Positions 27,761 through 40,919 of a stretch of DNA of 64,000 bases are shown here, in pieces. Numbering within the stretch: the stretch's first letter is position 1; every line of letters starts with the position of its first letter. Position numbers and translations under genes: made by a program. Location of the stretch: positions 62,001 through 126,000 of the forward strand of contig NW_021835994.1 of the NCBI RefSeq assembly GCF_006345805.1, written 5' to 3'. The DNA is from Octopus sinensis. Its lineage: Eukaryota. The notes below the pieces were generated by a model, which was not told the origin of the DNA, made no database searches, and worked only from the letters and a program-made list of their open reading frames with translations.

Positions 27761-28319
27761 GATTCCGATTGGCAAGACATGTTTTATCACTTATTTTTAT
27801 AAATTGTTACTAAAATAAAATTATTCTTCAAATCTGAAAACTTTTGTTTGGTGTTTATGAATATTAAAATTAGATTATTCCTGCAAGTCGACGAGTAAAA
27901 TGAAAGATTTTATGATTGTTATATGTTAGACAAACGTGCAGATTTTCCAATATATTTTTAGTATTCTACAACGAAAAACGAGATTAGAAACCAATTTGAT
28001 TTATTAATAGAACATTAATTCCAAAAAATGTAATTTACCAAAATGTTTGTTTATACTCAATTAAGGCTGTAAAAGATTCTTCAGGAAATCAATCTTATTA
28101 AATACTGAGCCTCCTACTGGTCTTCGATTAAATTTCGAAAATTCCATATGAGGACAGCCATTGAAATAATAAGTCATTTGCCCACAGAAAATAATATTTT
28201 TATTGTGAGTTATTATGTGTTCATACTTTACATAATGCAAGACAGTTCATTTCTCAAATGAATTTTCTATTCAACAAAGAACTTGATACAACCTAAGTAG
28301 ATGTTCAATTCAAAACTTA

Positions 28320-28620
28320 AGAGTTCATGCCCCTTGCTTTTGGCGTGGTAAGTAATGAGGCCGAGATGTTGTTGCAATTGCTCGGGAGAAAATCGCCTTA
28401 AGGACGAATGACTTTACGGGGTGAGCTGGCTCTTCGGTCTCTATTCAATGCTGGAACTGCTTCTCAATCCGCAGGGACCTGCCCTCCCTAAATGGGACGC
28501 TTTCCGTCGCTCCGGGAAAGACCGACTGGCTTCAACGTTGAAGGAAACCCGACGGACTTGAAAGCCCTTTTGACGACCTTACTCAATTGACTGTGGCGAG
28601 AAAATCAACTAACACTCATA
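28320..28620 (+). mobile_element. Degenerate CRE-like 3' remnant with GC-rich downstream segment
   Basis: EFMPLAFGVV...LLQLLGRK...SWLF resembles the CRE C-terminus. Confidence 0.45.
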
Positions 28621-28852
28621 TTGCAGGATAGGGCACATTTAACAAGTAAAGTCCTATAGTTTAAAATATCAAGAAACGCCTTCTTTCGAAGAAAAATAAG
28701 TGCAACCCTGCCACTATCCATACAAAATAAACTAAAAATGTCAGAATGCGACTAGAAAATGCTGATGCCCCAAAATGTTATCAACTCACTTTGATCAGCT
28801 CAAAACGGACTATCTTAATGTATATGAAAATAAAATGAAAACTGTGATGAGA

Positions 28853-31800
28853 TCAGTTAGTTACAGAATGAGACATTTTATGAGATAGAACTTGAGTGGC
28901 TGACAAAACCAGAGTCTTGTCACAATGTTCGCAATAATAAGTAATCCCATCTCTTCTAGAGGGAATGTCTCTTCGTGTGGTCATCTTCTTCCAATGGTTT
29001 ACATTCATGTTCGTGATCGAGTCGTTCCAACAACGTGACAATCATATCCTTCCCGCAGTTCGAACAATGCCAATGTCTCTGCATATGATCACCAAACTCC
29101 CCCTCCACATCCATAATGTGTGCCTCCCTCAGACTACAAGTAAAGGAAATACACACTCCACCATCCATGAGTCAAGAATGAGTTTATAACCAGTCCTCCT
29201 CTCACTTGGTCGACTTTATAATCCTCAGCACTCTTAGTGGACTCACTCCCAACATAAGAGTAGGCCAGTTCAGCTGCCATCACTCTCCTCAGTTGATAGC
29301 AATATCGTTCATTGATGAAAGCAGTCAGCCCCCCAGTCAACTCTCTCCTCATTTTGCCTACCCTCTTCCTGTTCTTCAAGGCAATGTCCTCACTTTCTAC
29401 TATAGCTAGACTGACCTACCCACTGCTTGTAATTTAAGTTCGAGCATATCCAGCCACAGTTTCCTCAATGTGATAGCACGGTGGACTGCGTCCTGCCCCT
29501 CCTCTCCTCGATGAAACCTCAACTCCAACCACTCATCACACATAATCCGCCTGCACTGACTGTCCGTGTCCACACGGGCAGAGAATAACAGCAGTGCTTG
29601 CAGAGCAGGAATGGGCATGACATTGATAAGATAAGGCTTGCTTGTCTCCAACAGTGAACTAACATGGACTGCACACACATACACATATGTCAGCAACTGG
29701 GCTGAACTCTCCTCCACCTTCAGCATCTCAGGAGTGGAGGAATACACCGAGGATGGATGCACCTGAACAAATGGTTTCTCCTGCCATGTCAAACAGTCAC
29801 AATCAACTCGCGTGTGAAAATATTGGTCGTTCTTTATTCGATTAAAGTCGTCTGCGTAGGCGAACTGGGGGTAGAGGGACACACACAAGACAATGCTCAA
29901 TATATCCATGTCGGCCTCCCCAATGCGGTCTTGTCCCCCTGCCTTGTCCTACCCATACTACACCCCCACATACATGCATTCTCTGTATGTCGTGAGACAG
30001 TCTGAACTCAATGTCGTCATAGTCGTCCCCCTCCCCCTCCTCTTCTTCCCTCACAATGCCATATCCCCCATACAACTACACTCACTCCATGCACTCACCT
30101 GCGGCTTCAGGAACTTTCGTTTGTGGGATTCCGTTCTCCTCTTTCGTTTGAGCTGGTCGAGGGCTTTCCTGTCCCCCAATCTGCGGAGTCGGTCATACTG
30201 GGACATTTCATCAGTGATTCCTCCCTCTCCATAAACCCATTCGTCTGGACTGAACACATTCATAACACCTGCAACAAGTCTTCGAACTGTCTCTTCAGCT
30301 TTACCAGCTCATACAACCTCTGTTCCTCGATTCCATATCCCCGACACCACTTCTTTGAGTTCTCTCCTTGTAATTTCGCCTAAAATGAGCACAGACATCA
30401 CCTTAATTATACACTTTGAGTAGAGTAAAGGGTCTCCTCTGGCACTTTCTAACACCTTCTTTTGTTTCTACCACATTAAAGGCCTCCAATACCATCACTT
30501 CTGCATCAAAGTTAGTTTTGGTGACAAATATGTTTTGTAGGGACAGTGCGGCTGCCATCGTCACCACTGACTCGGTTATCTGCAGATATACACCTCACAC
30601 CACTACATGTAAAAGTGACCCCATTATCAGCAGTTTCCCTATCACCACATCCACAGGGAGCCGTGACAACATTTTACCCATCGGAGTGAGACTTCCATCA
30701 GGGAATAGTGCCCCCTGTTCCAACAAATACTTGGAGGCTGCAGTCAATCGTTCACGTGGGGAGGCTGAATAAATGGAAATCTTGTGCTAACATTAAAAGA
30801 CCAACTTTAAAGGATCCTTAAGCCCCAAAGCTGCCATTTGAAGGACAAGAGAGTCGAGGGTTATCCTGCTTATTTCGGGGGTCGAATAATCCTCGAAAGA
30901 CTTGAACTCGTTCTCACTGTACAGTCGATATGCCACACCAGGCCCAGTCCTCCCCGCCCTTCCCTTCCTCTGGTCAGCACTCGCTTTACTGATCGACATT
31001 CCTTCAATTTCTGCATCTTTGTTGAACTGTCATAAGTCAACTGCTTGACCTGGCAGTCACCACCACTCTCAAACCTTCCCAGAATCCACCACAACCGAAT
31101 CCCGTCGATTGTGACTGAAGTCTCGGCAATGTTAGTGGCCAGGACACACTTCCTCATTCCTTCGGGGGCATAATCGAACGCCTTGCTCTGTTCATCTGCC
31201 CCGAGAGTGCTATGAAGCATCAAAATCAGCCAATTGGAGGACTCGGCGGCATAAACCTTAGCAGCCTCAGCCACTGCCATAATCTCGTTTATTCCACTGA
31301 GGAATATAAGCAAATCCCCCCTCTCCGACACGTCGTACTCACAAAGCAAACCATCCCACTACCTTACTGTCAATGTGGTTCATTATGCGAATGTAGGCAG
31401 AGGGGTCAGCCTTGGATGTCTTCCTGTCTCCCATGGGCACCACAGCAGGGGGAGGCAGGTAGTGAAGCTTGATCGGGTACAGTCTCCCAGGAACCTTATA
31501 ATTATAGACAGCCACCACCTGGATTATAGCACAGTTATTAAAAAAGGAAGAATAAAGCTGAATGTCGATCGTGGCTGACATCAACACCACTTTCAAGTCA
31601 TTTCTGTGACAAATCAAACATCTGAGACACCCCAGAATAAAGTCAGTGTTTACATGTCTTTCATGCACCTACAATTCCCTAATAAACTCACCTCGTCGAT
31701 TATAATCACGTCGTACTGAGAGAGAGTGGAGTCATCCCCCAACTGCCGAAGAACTAATCCTTCTGTTATGAACAATATTTTGGTCGCTTTTGACTTGTTT

Positions 31801-32540
31801 CGTTCAAATCTGACCTGAAAGCCTATGCTTGTTCCATGTTGGTTGAATGTCTCAAAAGCCACTCGCTTGCTTAGAGAAACACAGGCAATTCTCCGGGGTT
31901 GTGTGCACGCAATTTTGTTGTATCCACTCTCCATCAAATACTGCGGGACCTGCGTGGATTTCCCACAGCCCGTGTCCCCGGCCACCAGGATGACTTGATT
32001 TGAGTTTATAGCCTCGATTATTTCACTCCTGTATTGGAATATTGGCAGAGACTCTCGCACTTGTCTTATTTATCCATTTTGATGTCTATTGTGCCAATGA
32101 CTGAGAAATACGTGTTCTTTGTCGAGGAAGTGAGAGGTAGTGGTGGAGAATCACTGTGAACTGCTGGACTCGGACTGCACTCAGTTTTCTGTGACCCTGA
32201 GGTATGAGAAATGGCGGGAAACCTCCGTTGAATCTTCGTGGAGGGCAGATTTTATTTCTTGGTACGGAATTTGTCAGACCAGGTCTCGATTATGTCTTTC
32301 CAGTCGGGATTGACTTGAGTGATGAGTTTTGGTTACCTTTGGAGGCTCTGTTCGATGTGAGCGAAATCGGCAGTATTTTTCCAGAAATTTCCAGAATTCG
32401 GTGTACTCTTTTGAGTCTCTGAGATATTAGAGTGGTGGATTGCCTGGAGAAGACTCGACAGTTGTCAAAAAATATTGAATTGAGTATAATTTTGTATCGA
32501 CACCAGTCGAACGCCAGTCTTGAATTTCAGCATCGTCCAT
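28853..32540 (-). CDS. DHX34: DEAH-box RNA helicase DHX34, many mini-introns
   Basis: [25 protein letters not shown]|[34 protein letters not shown] fold and C-terminal CEHC...H..H finger. Confidence 0.93.
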
Positions 32541-32699
32541 TGGTCTAAATTCATCACAAGAAGGCACCAACAAGTTGGGTATAAATAATTTATTTAATAT
32601 ATGTTATGAAAATATTAATTTATATACAAACTTTATGTAAAATATATTATTAAATAATTTAAAAAACAACCTAAATTTGAAAAATAATAAAAATATCGA

Positions 32700-35415
32700 A
32701 TGAGTGTTCTTACGAATACAAGTACTGATTGTATTACCAAATTGCCCAAAACAATGACATTCCCAGTTTTGGGTGGAGAATTCCTCTGAGTCAGACCTTT
32801 AATTCCCCCTTCAAACCATCACAACCCCCAACCTGGGCACAAGTAATCAAGTTTTTTTGGATTGGAATGAGGCAAGTGTTATAAATATAGTCCAGGACAT
32901 TATTCCAGACTATTTCCGAAACCTTTCACGGAAGGAGGCCAATAATGAACATTTTCAAGCCCGTCCCTCTGAAACCAATTTACGGTAAGACAGCATTCAG
33001 CCCAGGCTGCCCTCTGGGGGGACTCGGGAGTGGCTCGATAGGTCGGGGATATCGAGGACAGTTCACTCGCTTCTCCTTAGTCCCCGGAATGTACGAACGG
33101 AATACAGTCAAGGCAGATCAGGCATGTCCTTCACTTCAAATCCAGTTCTTTGTGACTATAAGAAGACATGGAGAGACGACATTTCAGAGCATTCTCTCCG
33201 CAGATGAATTCCCCAGGAAATATCTCTCGACGTGGAAATATAAAATTGAAGACGCCTTTTACACTGCCCTTTACCCTCGTTCGTGGACTTACTACCACAT
33301 TCCTTCCCAAAACATTATTCTTGTATGCCAACAGGTCTCCCCGGTGATCCCCCACAACTACAAAGTAGAAGGGGACTCCATAATTTAAGGATTCGTCCCT
33401 GCCTGCCTGTGTGTTTATATGGAGGATACACAACTACGGGGAAGAAGCAGACGTTTCAATCACGTTTTGTTTCAAAAACGGGTCCTCTGACACTGACCCC
33501 TCCCTCTCGTGGACGGAGAGCAGAACTGACCCTGCCACGTGGCCATCCATTATAGAATTGCCTCAAACTACGAATGTTCTTACGGAATCAGCACAAGTAG
33601 TCATTCTCCTGAGGTTAGTTCTCTTTAGAGTGTAGACTATCACTGGACTGCTCATGTTTGATCCCCTCGATGATGGGTCATGCGTGTGGAATAGTCTTTC
33701 AATGACTGGTCGACTAAACACTCTTACTAATGGTAGTCTCTGTTGTGTTATTAGACATGTCATCCCCCTTCCCGACAGGACGTAGGAGTCGCCCTGTCCA
33801 ATAAAATTAAAATCCTTTCTGGCCAGACCTCAGAAATTGTGTTCACATTGAACTGGGCAATTCCACAATTTACTTTCCGGTCGGCCAAAATCGTTTATTC
33901 TCGGTTTTTATTTATTTTTGAATGATAGACGATACACAAAGTGGTTTGGGACTGGCAGGGAGACAACTTTCCTCATTGGGCAGTACTCCTTGGATAACTA
34001 CCGTCGGTGGATTTCCCTAATTGAGGACTGGCAACATCCAATCCTGTCGAGGTATTCCCAAGTAATTACCAGCAATGTGCCCAACTGGTACAAGTCAGTG
34101 TTATTCAACGAATTGTACTACGTTAGTGACAGTGGGTCTGTTTGGGTCAGGTCGGACGACTCCGCGGTGAGTCATTTGGCGGAATATGGACGGTTCGGCT
34201 ACTTGGAGGACACGAATACAGAATGTTCAATACTTACGACGTCCATGCCTATGCTTCCTATGTATTCATTGCCCTCTGGCCTGCTCTACAATGTCGATTC
34301 AACACGACTTTGGTAGGTGAATGTGTCTGATATTAGCACAATACATCCACACTTCTATTGACCGTGAAAGACGGTATCTTGACGGATCCACCCACCCTGT
34401 CAAGACATACGGGACTATGCCTCACGACCTTGGAAATCCGGGTGGTCTCAGTCACTTATTGATAGAGAGGGAGCCCTGGGTGGATATAAACGCCTACAAC
34501 TCATATTCCACGGATTTGTGGAAAGATCTCAACTCACTTTTGTGGTTATGTCATATCGTGACTATTACGTAACCAAGGACAGGGAATATCTCCAAAATAT
34601 GTGTTCTCCTATCAACGTACCTTTTTTTAATCATCAGACTGTCATGGAGAGACAGTTGGGATACACTGACGACACCTGTCTGATTGTGAGCTCGGACAAC
34701 ATTCCCGACAACACATTCGACACGATGGTCTCCCACGGACACGGCGTGTACCTGAATAGTCTGTGGCTGTCCGCTCTCTGGTGTTATGTCAGAATACTCC
34801 AAATCACCCACCAATGTGACAAATTCAACACATTTAGTCATATTCTGGCCACAGCGAGACACAACTTTTCTGAAATATTATTCAATGGTATGTTTGTGGG
34901 GCACAAAAGGGGAGTATTTTGACTACTGCAGTCGAGGGGATAACCGGAAGTGCATTTTTGCAGGACAGTTGGTGGGGCATTGGCTGTTGAGGAGTGTGGG
35001 TGTCCCCCACGATGAGGTCTTTCGAAGAGATCAAATCCACAAAGCAATGGACAAAGTTTATGAAATGAATGTCCGACAATTCGGGGGATGTGAGTGGGGG
35101 GCAGTGAATGGATATTCCCGACGGGAGAGTGGACAGGGACTCGTTTCAGAGTGACGAAATATGGATTGGAGTCACGTGCAGTCTTTCTGCTTTTTATATT
35201 GGAGGTGGATGGATAGGCTGATTGGTAGAATAAGACTGAATTGGGATTCTCGATAGTGAGGGGGATGTACGACAAAATATATCAGGAGATCGGACTCATG
35301 TTCAAAACTCCTGAGGCTCTTGTAAAGAAGGGGTATTTCCGGTCTTTTGGGGTACATGCGGGGACTCACTATTTGGGCCATTCAGTCCTCTCTGGAGTCT
35401 GTCAGGGATGATTAG
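32700..35415 (+). CDS. GBA2: Non-lysosomal glucosylceramidase (GH116), many mini-introns
   Basis: IYG|[70 protein letters not shown]. Confidence 0.93.
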
Positions 35416-35499
35416 TTTATTTTATTGGGCCTAATTTAACTGTTCTCTGAGTGATTATTTACAAATAAAAATAAAAGTAATTAAGAATAAAGACCTTTT

Positions 35500-36802
35500 T
35501 GGCCAAATTCTGGAAAAGAAAACAACTCATTGGAGAACCCAACAGGATCGACAGTCACCTTTGAGAGCGTCTGATCGTAAGAAAATGCAAAGCCAGTTTC
35601 AAAAGTCACCAAATCCGGCAAAACAATGAGAATTCTCGCCTAAAATGCCCAAAAACTCTCACATTATCAGCTCTGTTCAGAACATTAAGTAAATGGTGGT
35701 CGACCATCCCCCACAACTCGTTCTGTGACCGATAAATCGTGGCCAATTTGACAGACTCGACATACAAAACAGAGAAGGGAGTAAGCCACAGTCCACTCAA
35801 CACTATCAACTTGTCAGAACCCATCCAAAGGACATTGTCCACAATAGGAGAAGGGTGGGATATGTGAGGAAATGAACTATGAGGAGAGAAACTAAAGCCA
35901 GTCACATCCACCAATGAAATACTCCACGTAGTTTGATTTACAGGCAAAGGAGTCTCCAAATAATCCCCAAAAAAACATACAAAACATAAATTGGAGTCAG
36001 TGAATGAAAGATAGTCGTTAGTTCCAGCCATTCTGAAACAACAAAGCATGTGCTGACACAACACTTCCTCCCCCAATCCATCCACCCGCTCGACCACCAC
36101 ATCGGGGAGTGCCAGTCCAGAACGGAGAACACAATTCTGACAGTGGAGCCATATTTGACGACTCCCTCATGAACAGTGTCCCCACAGGCTGAGAATAAGA
36201 AGACTGATTACTCAAATAAATAGTAAAGACAGCCCAATCAGAGGAGTGGACGTTATTTCCTGTCCATCACAGCTTATATATTTGGGGACAGAGTGCTGGA
36301 GTTTGTGGAGAATGCATATTGGGAGTTGGAGGATATACTGCCTGCAATAAATGAGGATTTCACTCTCGGAGTTGTTCTGCTGGGTCTTCTTGGAAGGTTT
36401 CGAGATTACTTTCAGTCTCCGAGAACAGAATCTCATCAAATGGCCAGAGGGACCGAAGAAGAGGTCGACTGAGAGAGAGGAGTATTTCACGTCCTCAGAA
36501 ATGTGAATATTCTTCAACTGACATTTCAACTCCCTCCGAATGACTGAGAATTTAAACTTGTCAAAGTTGAGGACATAGGAGGACTCCCCCAGAGAGATGA
36601 CTCCGACCAGAGACCGTCTGTCCCTGAGTTTGTCGAGGGAGTCGACGAGGTCAAAGAGTCCCCAATGGTGGCCGGCGAGGAAGACGGAGGGAGGGGGACT
36701 GCAAACCTTCGTTCTATTCCGTAGGACTTTTGGATGGCGGAGGGGGCTGCGATGTAGACGGTTAAAAAGTCGAGAAATAATTTGTCTAAATCCATCCTCC
36801 AC
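35500..36802 (-). CDS. Uncharacterised multi-exon host gene
   Basis: Consecutive minus-strand ORFs (36212-36802, 36018-36215, 35606-36100) with host-like GC content; no family recognised. Confidence 0.5.
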
Positions 36803-36862
36803 AAGATTATATTAATATATTATTTTATTTATAATTAATTTATTTAAATTTCTTGTTATTGC

Positions 36863-37222
36863 ATGGCTAGCCGCAAGTACTTGAAGAAGAAAGAGTCAAT
36901 GGAAATGAAAAAATTGATATTTGAGGTCTACAATAATTCTGGCAATTGGCGACCCCTGGCTGAGACACTCGGAGTGAATATTAGGACGGTCTACAGGTGG
37001 TTAAGGGAGGGCTATCACGACGACAAGAGGGGTGGAAGGAGGCAGTTCAAGTTGGACGGGTGTCACGACGTGTTCCTGTCTACCATTATTCGGAATAATC
37101 CCAAAACAAGCATTTCTAAACTTAAAGTTGCCATTTCCCAGCATTTCAAATTGACTGTCTCTTCCGAGTGTATTCGCAGACACGTCCTTAAAATTAAAAA
37201 AGAAATTGCTCAAAATCAATAA
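36863..37222 (+). CDS. 119-aa Tc1/IS630-type paired HTH protein with no DDE domain
   Basis: LAETLGVNIRTVYRW, RGGRR..KL linker, NPKTSISKL...VSSECIRRH; intact ORF from ATG to TAA. Confidence 0.75.
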   Translation: MASRKYLKKKESMEMKKLIFEVYNNSGNWRPLAETLGVNIRTVYRWLREGYHDDKRGGRRQFKLDGCHDVFLSTIIRNNPKTSISKLKVAISQHFKLTVSSECIRRHVLKIKKEIAQNQ

Positions 37223-37617
37223 AATTTTGTGTTTTTACATTCATTTGTATTATATTGATGTGACTGGTCATCAAATCAATGTCCCGTCTACTCCATTTCT
37301 AATCACGTGCCTTCTCTTTATGAGTTGCCACATTACTCTCGACCAGCCATAAGTTAACCTCAATTGTCTCCCAATCGATTAGTCTTAACCATTTCAAACA
37401 AAGTCTGTTGGTAAACCACTTTGTTGCACAAATGTAGAATTGTCCTTAGATATCAATTGTCTCCCTAAAGGGCTAAAGACACAAAGTTGTTAAAGACGAC
37501 TTTTTAATAGAGAATAAAAGGTTAATCAATTATTGGAAAACATTAATACGACACTCCAAAATTATGTGAATAAATAGAACAGACAATTATTATCGAGAGA
37601 AAAGAGAGACAAAGAAT

Positions 37618-38990
37618 CCCTAGGGAGGCGCTGATTCGTGTCAAGGGAGGCGCAAAAAGCATATCAGAAACATTTTTTAAGAAAATTAGATCTATATAAA
37701 AATCGTGAAAGAATATAATTCCAGAACTGAACGATATTTTTGCGCAAATTACAAAAGTTATAAACTACATTAAACACAGTCCTTTAAAAGCTAAGCTTTT
37801 TGCAAAGCTGTGTGAAGATATGGATTCCAAAAATACATCGCTTTTATATTATTGTGAGGTGGGCTGGCTATCTCTTGCAAAAGTGATTCGAAGGGTGTTT
37901 GAACTCAAAGATCAAGTTGCAGATTTTCTTGATGAAAATGATGTTGAAGATGCAAAATTGTTCAGGGATGATGACTTTATTGTCAAATTTGCCTATTTGG
38001 TTGACATTTATGGGAAATTGAGTATATTGAATAAATCAATGCACGGACAACAACTACATTTATTAGCTCAAAAGGACAAAATGAAAGCATTTATGCAAAA
38101 TTGGTATGTTTCCACTTTTAACTACCTTCTACGCCATAGTGAACATTGAAGCAAACAAAGACATATTTGCTGAACATTTGGAGTGTTTGTTGAAGCATTT
38201 TGCTCATTATTTTAAAGATCTTGACTGTAAAACGTTCGAATGCATATAGAATCCATTTATTGATGAAGAAGATATTAATTTGCATTGACAACTTTTGAAA
38301 AAGAAAAATTGATAAAATTGTCATGTGATACATTATTGAAACAAAAATTCGAGAGAGAATGTAAGCTATGGATAATGGATTTGGACGGTCGTGAGTTCGA
38401 TTCCGAAGGAGGACAGTTTTCATCCTGGGGCTAATTCTCGTTATCGTTCCCCTGCCCGTGAGGCAACGAGTACTTCTGGCACGACACAGTTGGAAATGGG
38501 GATCTCTTACCTTCCGGGCTTAGCGTGGCGTTACGGAATCCACCATGTCAGTTGGAAATTCCTTCGGATATGGCAACGCTCAGGAGGCACTTAATGCCTA
38601 CCGAAAAAAGGACTCTTAGCTTCTCAGACCCTGGGACATCGTCGTCTCAGGCCGATCTTGCGGGAAGGATTGAACCTTTCAGAGGATCTCCCTCGTTTGG
38701 ATCGGCGATCACGGGAATAACTATAATTAACTGGCTTTGCCGTGTTTGGTCTTTAAATAATAATAATAAGTATGGAATATGAAATTTTGTCAAATAAAGC
38801 AATGAAAGTTTTGTTGCCATTTGATTCCTCATATTTATGCAAAATTGGATTTTCTGCACTAGCTGCAATGAAATCTAAATATCGAATCGTTTAGTGGTGA
38901 CTAATGAGCTAAGAGTAGCACTCTCTTCAATGACACCAAGATTTCAAAAACTTTGCGCCAAGATAGAAAAAAAATTATCTCACTAACTCT
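37618..38990 (+). mobile_element. Degenerate Buster/ZBED5-like hAT transposase C-terminal half
   Basis: INYIKHSPLK, LLYYCEVGWLS, AYLVDIYGKL, AMKSKYRNRL..ELRVALS. Confidence 0.8.
38373..38769 (+). mobile_element. tRNA-derived SINE with (TAA)n tail, inserted in the hAT remnant
   Basis: B box GAGTTCGATTCC (38393-38404); core shared with 46278 and 55030; AATAATAATAATAA tail; TATGGA-like TSD. Confidence 0.75.
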
Positions 38991-39128
38991 TTGTTTAAAA
39001 AAAATTGTTTTTGATAAATTACACAAAGTTGTTAAGAACGACTTTTTATTAGAGAATATAGAGTCAATCAACTATTGGAAAAAATTAATAAGACACTCCA
39101 AAATGATATGAATAAATAAAACAGACAA

Positions 39129-40209
39129 TTATTGTCGAGAGAAAAAGAGAGACAAAGAATTGTGGTACACAACACTGGCCAATTGATGTACAGGAATGCA
39201 TTTAATAGCAGAGATAACCTCAATAACTTGTCTAAACCAATAAGGAAACAACTCACGTAATACACGCAGGCTCATTCCGCCCACGAATCATACATGTTTC
39301 TGTCCACCTGTCATTCCTCACTGTCGACCACCGAGTCTGCACAAACTGATCAGCCTCCCACGTCCTCTTTATCCCACACCAGGGGGCATCTATCATCACC
39401 CGACACAATACAACCCGTCTCCACCAGGATTCTATCCACAGGAAGTCCTCCAACACCTTTAAATTCTCACTCGTCTTTAAAGAACTGGAAATTATTAGTT
39501 GATGGCCTACCATCCATTTATTCCAATATAAAGACCCAATTCCAAAATCTTCTGAGCCTGTTCTGTTGTGCCATCAAACGAATGGACCTGATAAACTCAT
39601 CACAAAGACCTACCACACCACCACAGGCCAACATTGACTTATTCCGACACAAAATCTCCAACAAATCGTCATGACTGTCTCTACAGTGCAAGAACAGTGG
39701 CAAATCAAGCCCCGAAAACACATCCAACTGCATTTCTAGCCCTCTAAACTAAACTAATTAAAAAAACAACCTTTTTGACTTTCTTGAGAACAGAAATTAG
39801 TCCTCATATAATCTAGGAATAGAGGAGGTCATTTACCGAGTCCAATTCCCCAATGGATATGATTTTATCTCGATTGAGTAGTGCCAGGTCTTTTAGATCG
39901 AGGACATCCTGTCTGGTGAGTCCTTCGCAGTTCGTCGGGTGGTACCCCACTGTGCAGAAAACGTGGGGGAACTCGGAACTGAGGAGAAGAGACTGCTTCA
40001 CTGATGCCTTGTCCACCCCAGTTGATATAATGTGAGTTACGCCCGATTTTGAGCGCGGGAAAGCACTTGATGGATGTCCGGGGTGTGTTTTTGTTTTCCG
40101 TTGTAAATTCCACTAAACATGGATCTTGGGAGTGAGTTGACTATCTACCTGTTAAATTGGCCCCAATATCTAGAATGTTTATATTGGGCTTACCTATATA
40201 CTTTGTCAT
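39129..40209 (-). CDS. TATDN1: TatD-family DNase, multi-exon
   Basis: MTKYI|DIGANLT, TVGYHP, IGE, LPLFLHCR, DAPWCGIK, GRNEPAC; last exon ends LFFSRQ*. Confidence 0.9.
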
Positions 40210-40299
40210 ATTTTTGATTGCCCCACTTGAACTTGTTTTCATTAAAATTTATTTGTTTATATTTAACTTTATTCTAAGTATAAAATTTTATTTTTAGCG

Positions 40300-40500
40300 G
40301 TAATTCCTTCCTTTAATTGTTTCCTTAATTCTTCCTTCCCATATTTGTCCTATAAATCACGTTGACTGGGTTTAGGGTTTCGTATGCGTTTGAAATTTTT
40401 TTAACTATTTGAGTGGTTATATGGAAGGTTTTATACTTTTTTATTTTTTGGGTTTTTGTCTGGGTGATATTTTTGAGGTAGTTTTGGATAGGATTTTTTG
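40300..40500 (-). pseudogene. Decayed copy of the DnaJ J-domain region
   Basis: Collinear with ~23010-23200, including the intron (AACTATTTTGAGTGG...GGTTTTATAC) and the YHPDKNP codons. Confidence 0.75.
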
Positions 40501-40919
40501 CCTACACAAACTTTTCCAGACACATTCATTCTTGGAAACAATCTAGAGTCTTGTGGTGCCTATTTCACTCGCCCTGATTTATTCAAACAGCCTGACCAAT
40601 AACGCATGGGAAAATAAAATTCATAATCCTTTATTCTAAACTGCTATTTAATACGCAGCTGATCCTTAGGCTCTCGAATATCATTTTAGTTACTTACCTA
40701 ACTTGCATCAAATTTTTTTTCGATTCAAAAAAATGATAATCGATAAAATCAAAGTAAGATCAAACTAAAATGCTTAATGATCGATTATCATTTGCTTAAA
40801 CTTTGTATTTAATTTTGTTTATATATTTAAGAGCCTAAAGTGAAACCTAGCCGAGACTGTAATTATGACAGCTCGCTATAAAATAATAATCCACGTTAAA
40901 ATAATTATGTTAACCTAAT

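Larger units (their letters stand above)
37480..39160 (+). repeat. Diverged ~138-bp direct duplication (37480-37617 and 39022-39160) of the TatD 3' end, flanking a hAT fragment
   Basis: CACAAAGTTGTTAA...GAGAGACAAAGAAT present on both sides. Confidence 0.85.

Noticed and set aside
28850-35420. Overlapping antisense ORFs and programmed frameshifts in DHX34 and GBA2
   Set aside because: Antisense ORFs are shadows of GC-richer coding DNA; frame breaks are explained by mini-introns and scattered single-base indels that are probably assembly errors.
38380-38440. HDV-like ribozyme at the start of the GC-rich repeat
   Set aside because: No P1 complement is found; the GTTCGATTCC B box explains it as a SINE head.
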